64,000 nt of DNA from Octopus sinensis (Eukaryota), in assembly GCF_006345805.1 (NCBI RefSeq), contig NC_043006.1, positions 25,048,001 to 25,112,000 on the forward strand, read 5' to 3'. Every line of letters starts with the position of its first letter. Position 1 is the stretch's first letter. Positions 24,266 through 38,004 of this stretch are shown here, piece by piece. A program made the position numbers and the translations under genes. The notes under the pieces were generated by a model. It saw only the letters and a program-made list of their open reading frames with translations. It did not search any database and was not told where the DNA came from.

Positions 24266-24559
24266 TGTGACAATTATTTGGTTGGCATAATAAAACACCG
24301 AGTTTTGTTGTCATACTACTACTATTAATATATATATATATATTTCTGCACACACATACACATACATATACATATAAATATACATACTAAAAATATATAT
24401 CCTTTAAGTTCATTTACGGGAAACATTTTGAATATGCATATAAAAGCTCTTATTTTATGACTACAGTCTAATGAGCCCAACTGGAAATACCAGTTTTTGG
24501 AGCCACACTGAGTTGTGCTGACAGAATGTAGGATAAATATAGTAATAATAATGATAATA

Positions 24560-26225
24560 ATAATCCATGGATGGAATGTATAAATATTTTAATGCATTGC
24601 CACAAGTGATGAAATTATTTGGTTTAACCCAATTTTCAATTCACAAATAAAATTTGATATATTCTTATGAATAAACGAATACACTGCAGCAGTGTTATAA
24701 CAATATAACTGAAACAAATGACAGTAACCACATGGAACACAACAACAATCTTTTAAAAACCGACAATGCAACACACTAACATGAACTGTAAATTCTCTTG
24801 TTTTTAATGGGACAACCATTTATGTTATTGCAGTAAAAAATTATAGGGAGGTGTCATAAATTGAATAGTTCTTACCAATCTGTGCCAAACAGATTGATTG
24901 TATTATCCCCAATGAATAATTTTGCTTCACATGTCTCTTCTCAAAATGTGATAATTTATCGTCTGTTACACCACGTGCTATTTTTGCTGTTTTATGTAAT
25001 CTAAGTTTACCAATTTTTTTCCAAATATCCACATTTATAATTGAGATGTCACTACCTGTGTCTAATTGTCATTTAGTATTCACATAATTTATTTTTATGT
25101 GCACAAATTTTCTATTTTTTGTGTCGCAATCACTCTCTGCTGAAAATACCTTAGAACTTTTTGTGTTTGAGCCTCATAGTCTTGTTCTACAATGAGAACT
25201 TTTGTATCCCAGCTTCTGACAACTATGGCATTTTCTGTTTTTAAACAGACAATCCTTTTTGCAGTGTAAGCCTCTACAACCATAACAAGGATCGGGGCTT
25301 GGCATTGTTTTTGATTGTGCTTCCTGAGACGACTCATTAGAATTTTTGCAGGGTCTTTATCTTGTATTTTTTTACACCATGTTCAAGATTTACCATAGTC
25401 TGACATTCTTTTGTGATGGTCTGTAGAGAATCCTTGCTCGAATTTCTTTTATCTTCAGGTGCTATAAGTCCTTGCACAAAAATAATTGATTTGAACATAT
25501 CCTGAAGGAGGTCCTGGAGTTTGAAATTTTTGCACATACAGTTGACTACTCCAGCATAGGTGATAAAATCCTCCTCCTCATTTTTTGTTAAGTTCTAACA
25601 CTCCATTCTGGTATTGGATAATGAACTTCTATCACAAAAAAATTTTGAAAGCAGTTCCATGGTTTCTTGAAAACCAATCTAACTCGACTTTTGGGGCAGA
25701 ATACAGTTACTGTAATGCTCATGTTTGGCAGGAGCTATATTGCATAGTAAAAGCCTTACTTTCTGCTTCTCTGACCATGAATTGCACTCACTGATAAAAA
25801 TTTACTTGTATCTTCCATAATACGCAGGAAACAATACCCTCCTCCGCATTATAAGTAAATTCAGAAATTACGTTAGCTACACTGTCCGGTGTAAACAAGC
25901 TTACTGGATTTTCAGACTTTGCCAACTGTAACTCAATTGTTGTTGTTGTAGTATTTGTTTTTGCAACTCCTGTAGTTGTTCCTGTTGCTTCTCTTGAAGC
26001 TTTTCTACTGCGGCTAATAGGCTTTCCATGATGCAGAAATTGTCAAATAGCCAATATGAGTTTTGAATGATCCTCATCATCAGATGTTATATCCTTATGG
26101 ACGAACGAATACACAGCAACAGTTTAATAACAATATGATTGAAACAAGTGGCAGCAACCACATGGAATGTAAAAACAATCTTTTAAGAACCAACAATCCA
26201 ACATGCTAACTCAAACTGTAAACTT
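24560..26225 (-). mobile_element. Second Gypsy remnant (gag-protease) between about 125-bp diverged direct repeats
   Basis: QLDTGSDI at about 25045-25070 and gag-like ORFs 25095-25537. Direct repeats at about 24670-24790 and 26100-26222. Confidence 0.7.
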
Positions 26226-26289
26226 TGAACTCCAACTTTGAATTATCAACACACGAACTACCTCACTTACTCAGACCACTACTATTTAT

Positions 26290-26450
26290 ATGTAATGGTC
26301 CAACCCATTCTCACCGTTCTCGCACAACAAAATCCAAAATAGGTCGGGAATTCTTCTCAGTGTTAGATTGGCACTTCCCAAAATCTTCCAAATATCACAA
26401 AATCATCAACAGGCATAATGTAAAATTAGCATATGTGACCTCTTACAATC
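26290..26450 (+). mobile_element. Penelope-like linker fragment
   Basis: KSKIGREFFSVLDWHFPKSSKYHKIINRHNVKLAY is the same conserved block as in the 8879-9748 ORF. Confidence 0.7.
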
Positions 26451-26970
26451 ATACACAAACTAAGTAATATAAAACTCAATAGGATAAAACTAGAGTGGGG
26501 GGGGGGCAAAAAGAAAAACTGCTGCACGTAACATAATAAACAACAATGGAAAGGTTGCAAATGGGTATAATAAAACCTCATTAATAACAAAAACTGGTTC
26601 AAACAATGCCGAACACAGTTACAGGAGGAAGAACAAATGTGACCACCAGTAATACCTCTGCTTACCGGAAAGAACCAGAAAGGATAATATAACATGTAAC
26701 TGCTGACAAAAAAAGGAATGCAAGTTTAACAACAATTGCATGATAAAGAACGTGTTTTACAAATGTGAGCTGAAGGTGGGTACACAGAAATATGTGTACA
26801 CCATGATAAATTGTCTGTGCAATCATCTGTCGTAATTTTCCAATGTAAGCAAAGCACTCCACACCACTATCTAATCTCCTCTGGAGACTCAAAAAGAATG
26901 GAGTGGAGCATATGACTTTCTGGTCTATAATAAAAATTCTGCACCATACAATAGAACATCATGGATTCTA

Positions 26971-27194
26971 TTCTTTTGTTCTTATATTTGTTTCAGTCAT
27001 TTGACTGCAGCCATGCTGGAGCACCGCCTTTAGTCCAACAAATCAGCCCCAGGATTTATTCTTTGTAAGCCTAGTACTTATTCTATCAGACTCTTTTGCC
27101 AAACCGCTAAGTTACAGGAACATAAACACATCAGCATCAGTTGTCAAGCAATAGTGGGGACAGACACAGACACACAAACATATATAAACACACA

Positions 27195-27237
<43 letters not shown>

Positions 27238-27395
27238 GACAGGCTTCTTTCAGTTTCCGTTCACCAAAACCTACTCTCAAAGCTTTGGTTGGTCTGAGGC
27301 TATAGTAGAAGACACTTGCCCATGATGCTATTCAGTGGGACTGAACCCGGAATCATGTGGTTGGTAAGCAGGCTACTTACCACACAGCCACTCCT
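26971..27395 (-). mobile_element. tRNA-derived SINE (family A)
   Basis: Reverse-complement copy with internal (CA)n. Confidence 0.9.
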
Positions 27396-28204
27396 AGAGA
27401 AACCTTACTGGTCATCACATCCAGAGAAAACATAATTAATTGGCACTCTTAAGTTATATCATGTAAGCATAAAAGCAAGGCAACATTCTTAGAATTTGAA
27501 AAAATATTTTGAGACAGAAAAAACACTAACCACTTTTAGCATATAATAGAACAAGAGATGAACAGATAAAGAACTAAACAAAATAACCACTATTTTCATA
27601 TGCTACAGGATATACCATTATACTACCAAAAGTAATTAAAAGGATATCGTAAGAGAATATCATTTGCCAACTCAGACAGTGAACTCCAATAACCTGCTGA
27701 GCCAACTACATCTGGATTCATTGAGGGGTGCCTGTTGTGACTAAGGTCAAACCAAAGAACTATACTACTCATCCTGACATCAGCATACTCAAATATCAAA
27801 ATAAGTCTAGCATCACTTCACTGACACACCTCCATCTCCTTTATAACTACCGTTCCTTTCTATCTTTCCATGAACTTCCACTCCTCCTCACCAAACACAC
27901 ATGGAACTGTTCACATACCTCAATCAACCTTTTCATTGGTCAAAATTGACAAACAACCCTCAGTTATACATCCGTTAATGCCATGGCGCCTGAAGAAATG
28001 AACACATGAATATGATCCACCTGATGTCTATGGATACTATGGACTGTATCCCAGAAATATGGACTATGATCTTAAGAAACATGTGATTTGTGGAAATGCA
28101 CATAGCGATGCATTAAAATATTTATAAATACCAGCTATAAATCCTCATTATTATTATTACATAAGGCGCGAGCTAGCAGGATTGTTAGCACACTGGATTA
28201 AATG

Positions 28205-29162
28205 GCAGATCGAGAAATTAATTTTTTGTAACTAAACACTTCCAAACTTCGGATACTGGTAGAATGTGTCATATAAAATATCTTTTACTCTTAGTGCTGT
28301 TGAGAAAAGTTTATATTTTCAAAGTTATTTCGTGTTAAAGTTGTTGTATTTTGGTAATTTCAACCAATCAATGACGTGTATTCAGCCGAATAAAATTACT
28401 GCTGTTGTTTGTCAATAACTTCCGGTGGTGTATATTTCGTTTGTCACTGTTATTTATGACATATTTCATCTCAGTTACATTCGGATGAATAAATGAATGT
28501 ATCTGAAGCATGTTTACTTCATGGCACCACCATAATTGTTCGGGCATTTCTACTGCTTTTAGGGTTTTTCCTATTTTTCAGCTATTATTTTTGGAAAGAC
28601 TTCCTCTTCCCCCCATTTTCTTGCAAATTATTGTCTTTTTTTTAATCTTTTTTGTCAAGAATCGGAATTTTGAAATTTGTTGCCCCTCCCTTACTCCTCC
28701 CCTCCAATTTCCTCATTTTTCACTTTTTTCCGTAACTCTAACCCTAAAACCCCAACCCTATCCCGAAAACCCTAACATTAACCGTAACCCTAAAACCTTA
28801 ACCCTAACTCTAAAACCTTAACCCTAACCCTAAAACCCTAACCCTAACCCTAACTCTAAAATCCTAACCCTAACCCTAAAACCCTAAAGCTAAACACACG
28901 AATGATGTCATAAATAACAGTGACAAACGAAATATACACAGCTGGAAGTTGTTGACAAACAACAGCAGTAAATTTATTCAGCTGAATACATGTCATTGAT
29001 TGGTTGAAATTACCAAAACACAACAACTTTAACACGAAATAACTTTGAAAATATAAACTTTTCTCAACACCACTAAGACTAAAAGATGTTTTATATGACA
29101 CATTCTACCAGTGTCTGAAGTTTGGAAGTGTTTAGTTACAAAAAATTAATTTCTCGATCTGC
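28205..29162. mobile_element. Non-autonomous foldback/MITE-like element with 258-bp TIRs and an internal telomere-like tract
   Basis: 28205-28462 is the reverse complement of 28905-29162 (gcagatcgagaaattaattttttgtaac...ttatttatgacat). No transposase ORF. Sits inside a family-B SINE. Confidence 0.85.
28733..28893 (-). repeat. Interstitial telomere-like repeat (TTAGGG)n with TTTTAGGG/TTAGAG variants
   Basis: About 160 bp of ccctaa/ccctaaaa/ctctaa units on the + strand. Confidence 0.9.
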
Positions 29163-29333
29163 TGTTGAAAGGGAAAAGATCTGTGATATTTCACCCATCA
29201 CTGCATTCTGAGTTCAAATTCCACTGAGGTTAACTTTGCCTTTCATCCCTTTGGGGTCAATAAAATAAGTACAGGTTGTACCTATAGTAGAAAGGATTAT
29301 TATCATTATTACATATATATTTATATTTATATA

Positions 29334-29390
<57 letters not shown>

Positions 29391-29411
29391 CTTGAAGCCT
29401 CTGACGAAGTA

Positions 29412-32223
29412 GAAGGGGATAGAGCATCACAGGGGGTAGAATACAGCTGGACGTTTCTAAGGGACAACCTGCTGAGAGCCACTGACCAGATCTGTGGCTG
29501 GTGCAAAGTCCCCTCTCGACCTAGAATAACGTGGTGGTGGAACAATATTGTAGACAGGGCTATTAGAGAAAAGAGACAGGCTTGGAAGGTCTGGAAAAAT
29601 GGGGGTAGCAGGGGATTGTATCAGACTGCCAAAAGAGAAGCTAGGAGACAGGTTTATTTAGCCAGAGGGGAAGCAGATAAGAAAAAATTTGCCAATGTTC
29701 TGCGCCGTGAGGACCAAAGACTGGAGGTGTTTCGTGTTGCAAGACAGTGTGTGAGAGAGAATCGTGATGTGGTAGGAGAGAAGTGTGTTCGCATGGAAGA
29801 TGGTTCACTTGCGCTAAATGAGGATGCAAAGAGAGAGGTTTGGAGATGCCACTATGAAAGGTTGCTGAATGAAGAAAATGAATGGGATAAAGAGAGTCTG
29901 CCGAATGTTGACCCAACAGGGACCAGCTATCCGAGTTGATAGTTCCGTGGTAGCTAAGGCAATTAGAAGCATGAAGACAGGGAAAGCCCCAGGCCCATCA
30001 GGAATCACTGCAGAGATGCTCAAAATGTCTGGTAGTGTCGGCTATAGCCTAGTCACCGTATAGTTAATCAGGTGATACACAAAGGGGTCATACCCAATGA
30101 CTGGTGTAGCAGTATAATAGTCAACTGCTACAAAGGTAAAGGTGATGCCCTAGATACAAATAACTACAGAGGTATCAAGCTGTTGGACCAGGTGATGAAG
30201 GTTACGGAGAGGGTCATAGCCCAACTAATTAGAGAGAGAGTTAGTTTAGATGAGATGCAGTTGGGGTTTGTGCCAGGGAAAAGTACTACTGATGCTATAT
30301 TCCTGGTAAGGCAGCTGCAGGAGAAATACCTAGCCAAAGATAAGCCCCTGTACCTGGCTTTTGTTGACATGGAGAAAGCCTTCGACAGGGTCCCCCGATC
30401 CCTTATCTGGTGGGCAATGAGGAAACTAGGGATAGATGAATGGTTAGTGAGAGCTGTGCGGGCCATGTACAGGGACGCCGCTAGTAGGGTGAGGGTTGGA
30501 AATGTGTACAGTGAAGAATTCCGGGTAGAGGTAGGAGTCCACCAAGGCTCAGTACTCAGCCCCCTCCTATTTATCATAGTCCTCCAGGCAATAACGGAGG
30601 AATTCAAGACAGGATGCCCTTGGGAGCTCCTCTATGCTGATGACCTTGCTCTAATTGCTGAGTCGCTATCAGAACTGGAGGAGAAGTTTCAGGTGTGGAA
30701 ACAAGGATTAGAATCGAAGGGCCTCAGAGTCAATCTAGCTAAAACCAAAGTCGTAATCAGTAGGAAGGTAGACAAATCACAAACACCTTCAGGTAGATGG
30801 CCCTGCTCGATCTGTAGAAAAGATGTAGGTAGAAACTCTATAAGATGCACCAAGTGTAAGCTATGGACACATAAGAGATGCAGCAATGTCAAAGGAAGGC
30901 TAACTAGGAAGATGGTTTTTGTATGTGGCAGATGCTCAGGAACAATAAACACTGAAAATGCTCTGAGACCAACTTCCGTCACTTTCCAGGGAGAAAAACT
31001 AGAAATAGTTGATAGTTTCCGTTACCTAGGTGACCAAGTCAGCAGCGGGGGCGGGTGTGTGCTGAAAGTGTAACTGCTAGAGTAAGAATAGCTTGGGCAA
31101 AGTTCAGAGAGCTCTTACCTCTACTGGTGACAAAAGGCCTCTCGCACAGAGTGAAAGGCAGACTGTATGATGCGTGTATACGAACAGCCATGCTACATGG
31201 CAGTGAAACATGGGCCGTGACTGCTGAGGATATGCGTAAGCTCGCTAGAAATGAAGCCAGTATGCTCCGATGGATGTGTAATGCCGGTACTCACACTCGG
31301 CAGAGTGTAAGTACCTTGAGAGAAAAGCTGGACCTAAGAAGCATCAGTTGTGGTGTGCAAGAGAGACGTTTGCGCTGGTATGGTCATGTGGCGAGAATGG
31401 ATGAAGATAGTTGTGTGAAAAAGTGCCACACCCTAGCGGTTGAGGGAACTTGTGGAAGAGGCAGACCCAGGAAAACCTGGGACGGTGGTGGTGAAGCACG
31501 ACCTTCGAACTTTAGGTCTCACTGAGGAAATGACTAGAGACCGAGACCTCTGGAAGTGTGCTGTGCGCGAGAAGACCCGGCAGGACAAGTGAGTCCATAA
31601 CCCGTGGCCTTCTACATGGGATGGAGCCAGCCTACGTATGCATACCTTCCCTTCTTGGGACACAAAACTCTACTTGTGAAGACGTGATGAGGCAAGTGAG
31701 GATCAGGATCAGAAAATCGATCAATGGAAATTGCGGATGTGCTACCAGTGCCGGTGGCATGTCAAAACTCTGCTTGTGAAGACCCGTTGAGGCAAGTGAC
31801 GATCAGAATCGAAATCGATCAAGGAAATCGATCAATGGAATCGATCAATGGAAATGCAGATGTGTTACCAGTGCCGGTGGCATGTAAGAGAACTCTCCGT
31901 TTCGCAACCGTTGCCAGCACCGCCCCGTTTCGTGTCCGTTGCCAGCCTCGCCTGGCCCTCGTGCCGGTGGCACATAAAAAGCACCATCCGTTCGTGGCCG
32001 TTTGCCAGCTCTGTCTGGCACCAGTGCGGGTGGCACGTAAAAAGCACCCACTACACTCACGGAGTGGTTGGCGTTAGGAAGGGCATCCAGCCGTAGAAAC
32101 ACTGCCAGATTTGACTGGGCCTGATGAAGCCTTCTGGCTTCACAGACCCCAGTAGAACCGTCCAACCCATGCTAGCATGGAAAACGGACGCTAAACGATG
32201 ATGATGATGATGATGATGATGAT
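29412..32223 (+). mobile_element. 5'-truncated RTE-clade LINE (RT, PHD-like finger, structured 3' UTR, (GAT)n tail)
   Basis: RT motifs NYRGIKLL, QLGFVPGKSTTDAIF, FVDMEKAFDRVP, GVHQGSVLSPLLF, YADD, FRYLG and C-terminal RLRWYGHVARM..GRGRPRKTW. About 4 frameshifts (near 29925, 30058, 31058, 31483). Confidence 0.95.
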
Positions 32224-32226
32224 ATA

Positions 32227-32374
32227 GGCGCAGGAGTGGCTGTGTGGTAAGTAGCTTGCTAACCAACCACATGGCATCTTGGGCAAGTGTCTTCTACTAT
32301 AGCCTCGGGTCGACCAAAGCCTTGTGAGTGGATTTGGTAGACGGAAACTGAAAGAAGCCTATCGTATATATGTG

Positions 32375-32405
<31 letters not shown>

Positions 32406-32623
32406 GTATATGTTTGTGTGTCTGTGTTTGTCCCTCTAGCATTGCTTGACAACCGATGCTGGTGTGTTTATGTTCCCGTCACTTAGCGGTTCGGGAAAAG
32501 AGACTGATAGAATAAATACTGGGCTTACAAAGAATAAGTCCCGGGGTCGATTTGCTCGACTAAAAGGCGGTGCTCCAGCATGACCGCAGTCAAATGACTG
32601 AAACAAGTAAAAGAGTAAAAGAG
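32227..32623 (+). mobile_element. tRNA-derived SINE (family A), B-box deleted, abutting the RTE tail
   Basis: Same body as 18005; the ttc(c/t)gggttcagtccc segment is missing. Confidence 0.9.
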
Positions 32624-35600
32624 ATATATATATATGCATACATATATACACACATATATACACACATATATAAATATACATACACATGCATACCTACCTA
32701 CCTACATACATACATACATATATATATATATACACGTGTGTGTGTGTGTCTGCACACATGTGTGTCTGTAATATGGTAGTTATTGTTTACACTAAAATGA
32801 AAAAAATTGATAAAACATGTTTTCCTTGACAAAAATAAATGGATGAAATCAAATTAAGATAAAAAAAAACAAATTAAAGCTAAGCTGAAATCTGTCTACA
32901 AAAGCAATTTTTGCTTTATCAAATTCAGTTTTCACTTCATTTATAAACTTTAATTTGAGTCTAAGTTTCTGTTTTATTTTTCTCAAAATTTCTTTTGATG
33001 CAAATTCTCTAGCCTCCAGTACCAGTTTTTAAAAATATATCAGTTTTATCAATTTTAAAATGTCAAATTGAAACAATCGGGAATGTTTTTAAAAATCCAA
33101 TCTAATCAAAATTACTATCAATAACTTATTTTTCTAAATATTTTCTAAATCAAATATGAAGTTTTACTTAGTGGAGAAGGAATATGAGATATTCATATCA
33201 TTTTTGTAAGTATTAGGAATGTAAATGAAATGTTAACAACTGACCAAGAATTTTAATTGAAAATTTCGATCTTTACATAGGAATGATTTATCACATATAT
33301 TAATTTATTTGGGAGGTAAGAGTTGTGATATTAATGCATTTTCTGAGAGCATAAGCAATGTAAATGAAGTGACTCTGTCTCGACCATAGATCTTTTCCCT
33401 GAAAATTACAACACTCTAGTGCTTTCCTCAGAGATCAACTAAACTAATGATGGGTGGGATGAGGGACAGAATGACTTCCAAGAAATAATAGGTAAAGTCA
33501 CTTTCCAATAATATTTTAGCATAGAATGTAAGTTGAAACTATTATTGTATGGTATTTTAATCTAGTAACTGCTTTCTGCTATTAATTTTTATTAAGAAGG
33601 GCATGCTACTATGAAAATATATGCTTCTGCAAATAAATCTTTCCTTCTATGTAAGCATGAAAATGTGAATGTAAAACAGTAAAATAAAATATATTGAAAT
33701 TCAATTTTAAAAGTCTTTATCAGGGGACTGGCTTGTATTATATATGTTATTCATTCACATAACTGTTATACTTTGTTACTAGTGTGTAATTTGGTTAATC
33801 TGAAATGGTGGAAAAAGTATTTTAGATTAGAATGTAAATTAGAATCTTGTTAATATGAACCTGTGATCTGGTTTCAATTCCTTGTAAATATTTTCACTTA
33901 CATCAATAATATTCTAAAACTTTATCAAGGAAATCATTGAGAAACTATTACTGTAGAATCTCTTTGAAACACTGACAACAAACTGTGCATGAATATGTTT
34001 CTCTTTTTAAAAAATACTTTGAGGAAGATAAGTCATTCACCAGTAGGAATTGATAACCTGGCAAGCATGACAAACTGAAGAAGATATTGTAATATTAAGG
34101 ATTTTCTCTGTTTTTATACCGACTATACTGAGAGCCCAGGGCAGTGAAGGAGATTCTCTGTGGCCATGTGATCTGCAAGAGATAGAAGTAAAATTTCAGT
34201 TGTTTCACACCCTGCTCTCTTAAAAAATGGGAAGGATATATTGGATAAAATAGTCCTGGATAAATTCTACTTGAAAAAGAAAAGTCACAATCAAAGCTAA
34301 CCCAGTATGGGGATCAATTTCTGCTTTCACTTTGGTGTCATCCATGGTTAAACAACAGCAACAACTACTATAACTCTAATTTATTGCAACTAATAGGAAA
34401 AAATCACTTTCTGGCACTTTTGTCTACAAACTACAATACCAAGATTTAGAATCAGGTTTCTGTACTCTCTGTAACTTATATCTGTTTTGTAACATATCAG
34501 TTCTGGCAATCAATCTCTGGGGAGAAGCCAAAGAATTGTTAAAATATCTCATAATTTGCTACCTATTCATCTGTAAGGTTGGTAAGTTTATAATATTAGG
34601 CATTAGATGTCGCAAATATAATGTGATGTTCATTCATGCCATATAGTAAAAGCAAGAGTAAAAGAATCCTGCACATGGTTGCTCAATTTACTAGAAATAG
34701 CAACCAAATCCTCTTGTATTACACCTTACTATCTTAAAAAAAAGATATTTGATAATTAGTCAGTAATAACCAGATTTCCTGGAAAAAAACGGTGGAGTAG
34801 TCACAGCTAGAATGCTTTTGAGCATAGCCCTACTCAACAAAAGCTAAGTAACAACAGAAAGACTATGCATCAGAGGAAGAACATGAGGTTTATGTCCCAT
34901 AAAAACATTCTGTGGTGTAATTTGTTATAGCACACATTAACACTCGTATGTCATTGTTGTTAACTTCTGTTCACTTTTAATGCTGTGAGCCAAATTGATT
35001 GGCTGTAATTTATCAAATGTTTGAAGATAATGCATCTACAAACATATCACAGTTACTACCTTGATTTGTATAATGTTCTCATTTTCTACTTTGTTATGTG
35101 TAACTTGTATTCCTTAATTCTTTATACCAAATGGCCAATGCTGAAGGCTTTGTCTGCATGATGACACTAAAGTGAAAGCAAAAATCGATCCCCATACTGC
35201 AATCTATTTTACTCTGTCAGTTATACAATGAAAAATTATATCTCATATGACTAGGTGGACTTAACCTTGAAAAGCTAAGTCTCTTTGTCAGGAACACAAT
35301 CTAGTATTCTTTGATGGATTCATTGAAAACTTATTTAGTTATCTTCTTGTTTAATTGAAATTTTACATCAGCATTTACACAGCATGTTCTTAACCGCAAC
35401 TATTCATATATACATACATTATAGATATAGGGTGAAATATAATTAATTTAATAAAATCAACAAATTTCACCTATTAGTATTTCGGTATGGAAAAGGACTA
35501 TATTTGGTAAAAACTTATATAATTATAACAATAAGGGTTATTTGCAACAAGTTGCTTAACTACATACTGAAAATTTTAGAAAATTTATATACATACATAT

Positions 35601-35658
35601 AAATAAATAAGTAAATAAATAAATATACAATCATACATACATGCATACATACATTCAC

Positions 35659-35704
<46 letters not shown>

Positions 35705-36016
35705 TATATATATAAATTTTTTATAATTGTGAGTATAATTATAATTAGGGTTCAGCAAAAAAATTTGCTTCCCCACATACCGAAAATTTTGAAATAGCAG
35801 CCAAACAGCTAGCTATTTCTCTACCGTAAGTGAATCTCCCAGATAACATATACTCAAAAACAATCCACCTATTATAATTATACTCATAATTATTAAAAAA
35901 TGTTGTTTAAGTTTACCAATAATGGTTCTTTTAACATGCCGAAACTACTTGGTAGAATTATTAATAATAATTAATTAATTAATTTTACCCTTTATTATTT
36001 ATATATATTATATATA

Positions 36017-36120
<104 letters not shown>

Positions 36121-38004
36121 TATATATATACTTATATATATATATACTTATATTTATATTATATTTATATATATAACCTCAGATAAAATGAAGCAGCTTT
36201 AAATGTCTTGCCTAAAGGCACAAAGCAATGGCTGTGGCAAGAAAATCTATTGGCATGAATGACACTCATACTTCCTTTCAAATACTAATTAGTAAAGAAG
36301 GGTTACTTTATATTATTCTTTTAGCTGAATAATATGTTAATAATTATAACATTGCAACTATACATCACTAATGTGTGTAAAATAGAAATTATGTACTTTA
36401 TAATTTTGGGACTTCATTTCTGAAATAAAGTCAGAATTACTACAGCTAGAACATTAACTAAGCATTAAGTTCAATCCTAAGTAATCACTACAGTACACTA
36501 GACTTACAAGTAGCTAATAATTGCTTGACCACCTACCTATGACATAGGGGTTGGACCAAATACTGAATCCAACTCTACTTCCATTATAGTTCAGTATTTC
36601 AGAAATGAGCTGAACAAAACTATGTAGCAACAATAATACCACTATTACTACCCCAACTCAACCAAAACAAAATGACCACTATAGCTGGATATTTTAAGTA
36701 GATTCATACTTCAATATTGCTACTATTTCAGTAAAATGTTTGTCTTTGATTTAGAACCACTATTAAATAGACTTATGTTGTTCATTAGTTTGTTCTGATT
36801 TCAGAGAATTTTGTCAGTTACCCTTCAGGTATTTCTCAAGTAAATTTACTTTTAAAAATTTGCTGTTTTCTCCTCTTTGCACTGCACTGGTGTTGGTCCT
36901 TTATTTTACTATTTAATCTGTTGTAACTTCATCAACTTTTGTTTTTAATTATTTTGTTGTTCTTGTTTTTGTTGTCTTTAATAAAAATGTTTTTGCTATC
37001 TTTCAACATAAATTAGTTATTATAAATGAGTCAGATAAATTTGATTGCATTTTTTTTTTGTTTAATGAAATGCTTCTAAAATCTTCCATTCATTCCCTAT
37101 TTTTAGATACATATTTTTATTTAGATATGCATGAATAATCAACATGCTGACCTATTCAGTATAATTGGCTGAAATTTCATTGGGCTGTGATAGCATTTAA
37201 TTCAACTTTCCTAAAAATTTCATACTGTTTGAAGAAAAAAAATAGTGACTGTCTTTAAGATGTGCAACTAATTGTAATATACTCATTCCAAATACACACA
37301 AACAAACAAACAAAAAAAACTCAGATTTTGAAAATGTGCAGCTTTTTCAATATACAAATGCTTACTGAAAATTGTGTTACTACTGTATGTCCAGATTTTT
37401 CCAAGATATGCCTTAAATCGTTCTCTTGAGGAAGTTCTTCAATAGTTCACATAATCAGATCCTTGCTCCAACATTGAACTTGGAATAAATAGTAATGATA
37501 TTAACACCTCAAGTTATATGTCGACAAAATGAAGTAAACATCTGGATTGTGATTAAAAAAATCCATATATATTACAATAGGAAAAGTTAAGAAAAATAAT
37601 TTTTCAAAACATTTACATGGAAAAATTGTTACTAACAAACTAGTGAAAATATAAATGAATGAGAATTTTATGTCCATTTCAAAATCCAATAGCTTTTCCT
37701 TCCACTTCCCACCCATTTTATTCATTTTAAGATACACCACCAGTACAGGGGTACATGTATGTTGGAATTGTTTCATAGTCTCCACATGTGACAGTGTTCA
37801 TGTAAACAATAGCTTTCATTTGGACTCTATGTTTATAAATTCAAGGCAATATTCTAATCTAATCCAGTCTTCTTTATTGCCTCATTATGACCATCATTAC
37901 ATCTATAGTGAAAAGGATATGTAAAGAAAGTATTTGATTTTCTGTAATAGCTAACCAATTAAAATATATATTGGATAGAATGATGATAAAAGTATATTTC
38001 ATAA

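Noticed and set aside
26530-26960. Possible R4/REL-type LINE remnant
   Set aside because: Only faint motif resemblance (HHD, YDF) with many stops; cannot be supported.
28733-28893. True chromosome end or fusion site
   Set aside because: Short, degenerate, single orientation and enclosed by TIRs within an intron.
31860-32050. Hairpin plus poly-T motifs as rho-independent terminators
   Set aside because: Eukaryotic LINE 3' UTR subrepeats; the resemblance is superficial.
35915-35952. CCGAAACTACTTGGT as another hammerhead
   Set aside because: The 5' core (CTGANGA) is absent; at most a heavily decayed relic.
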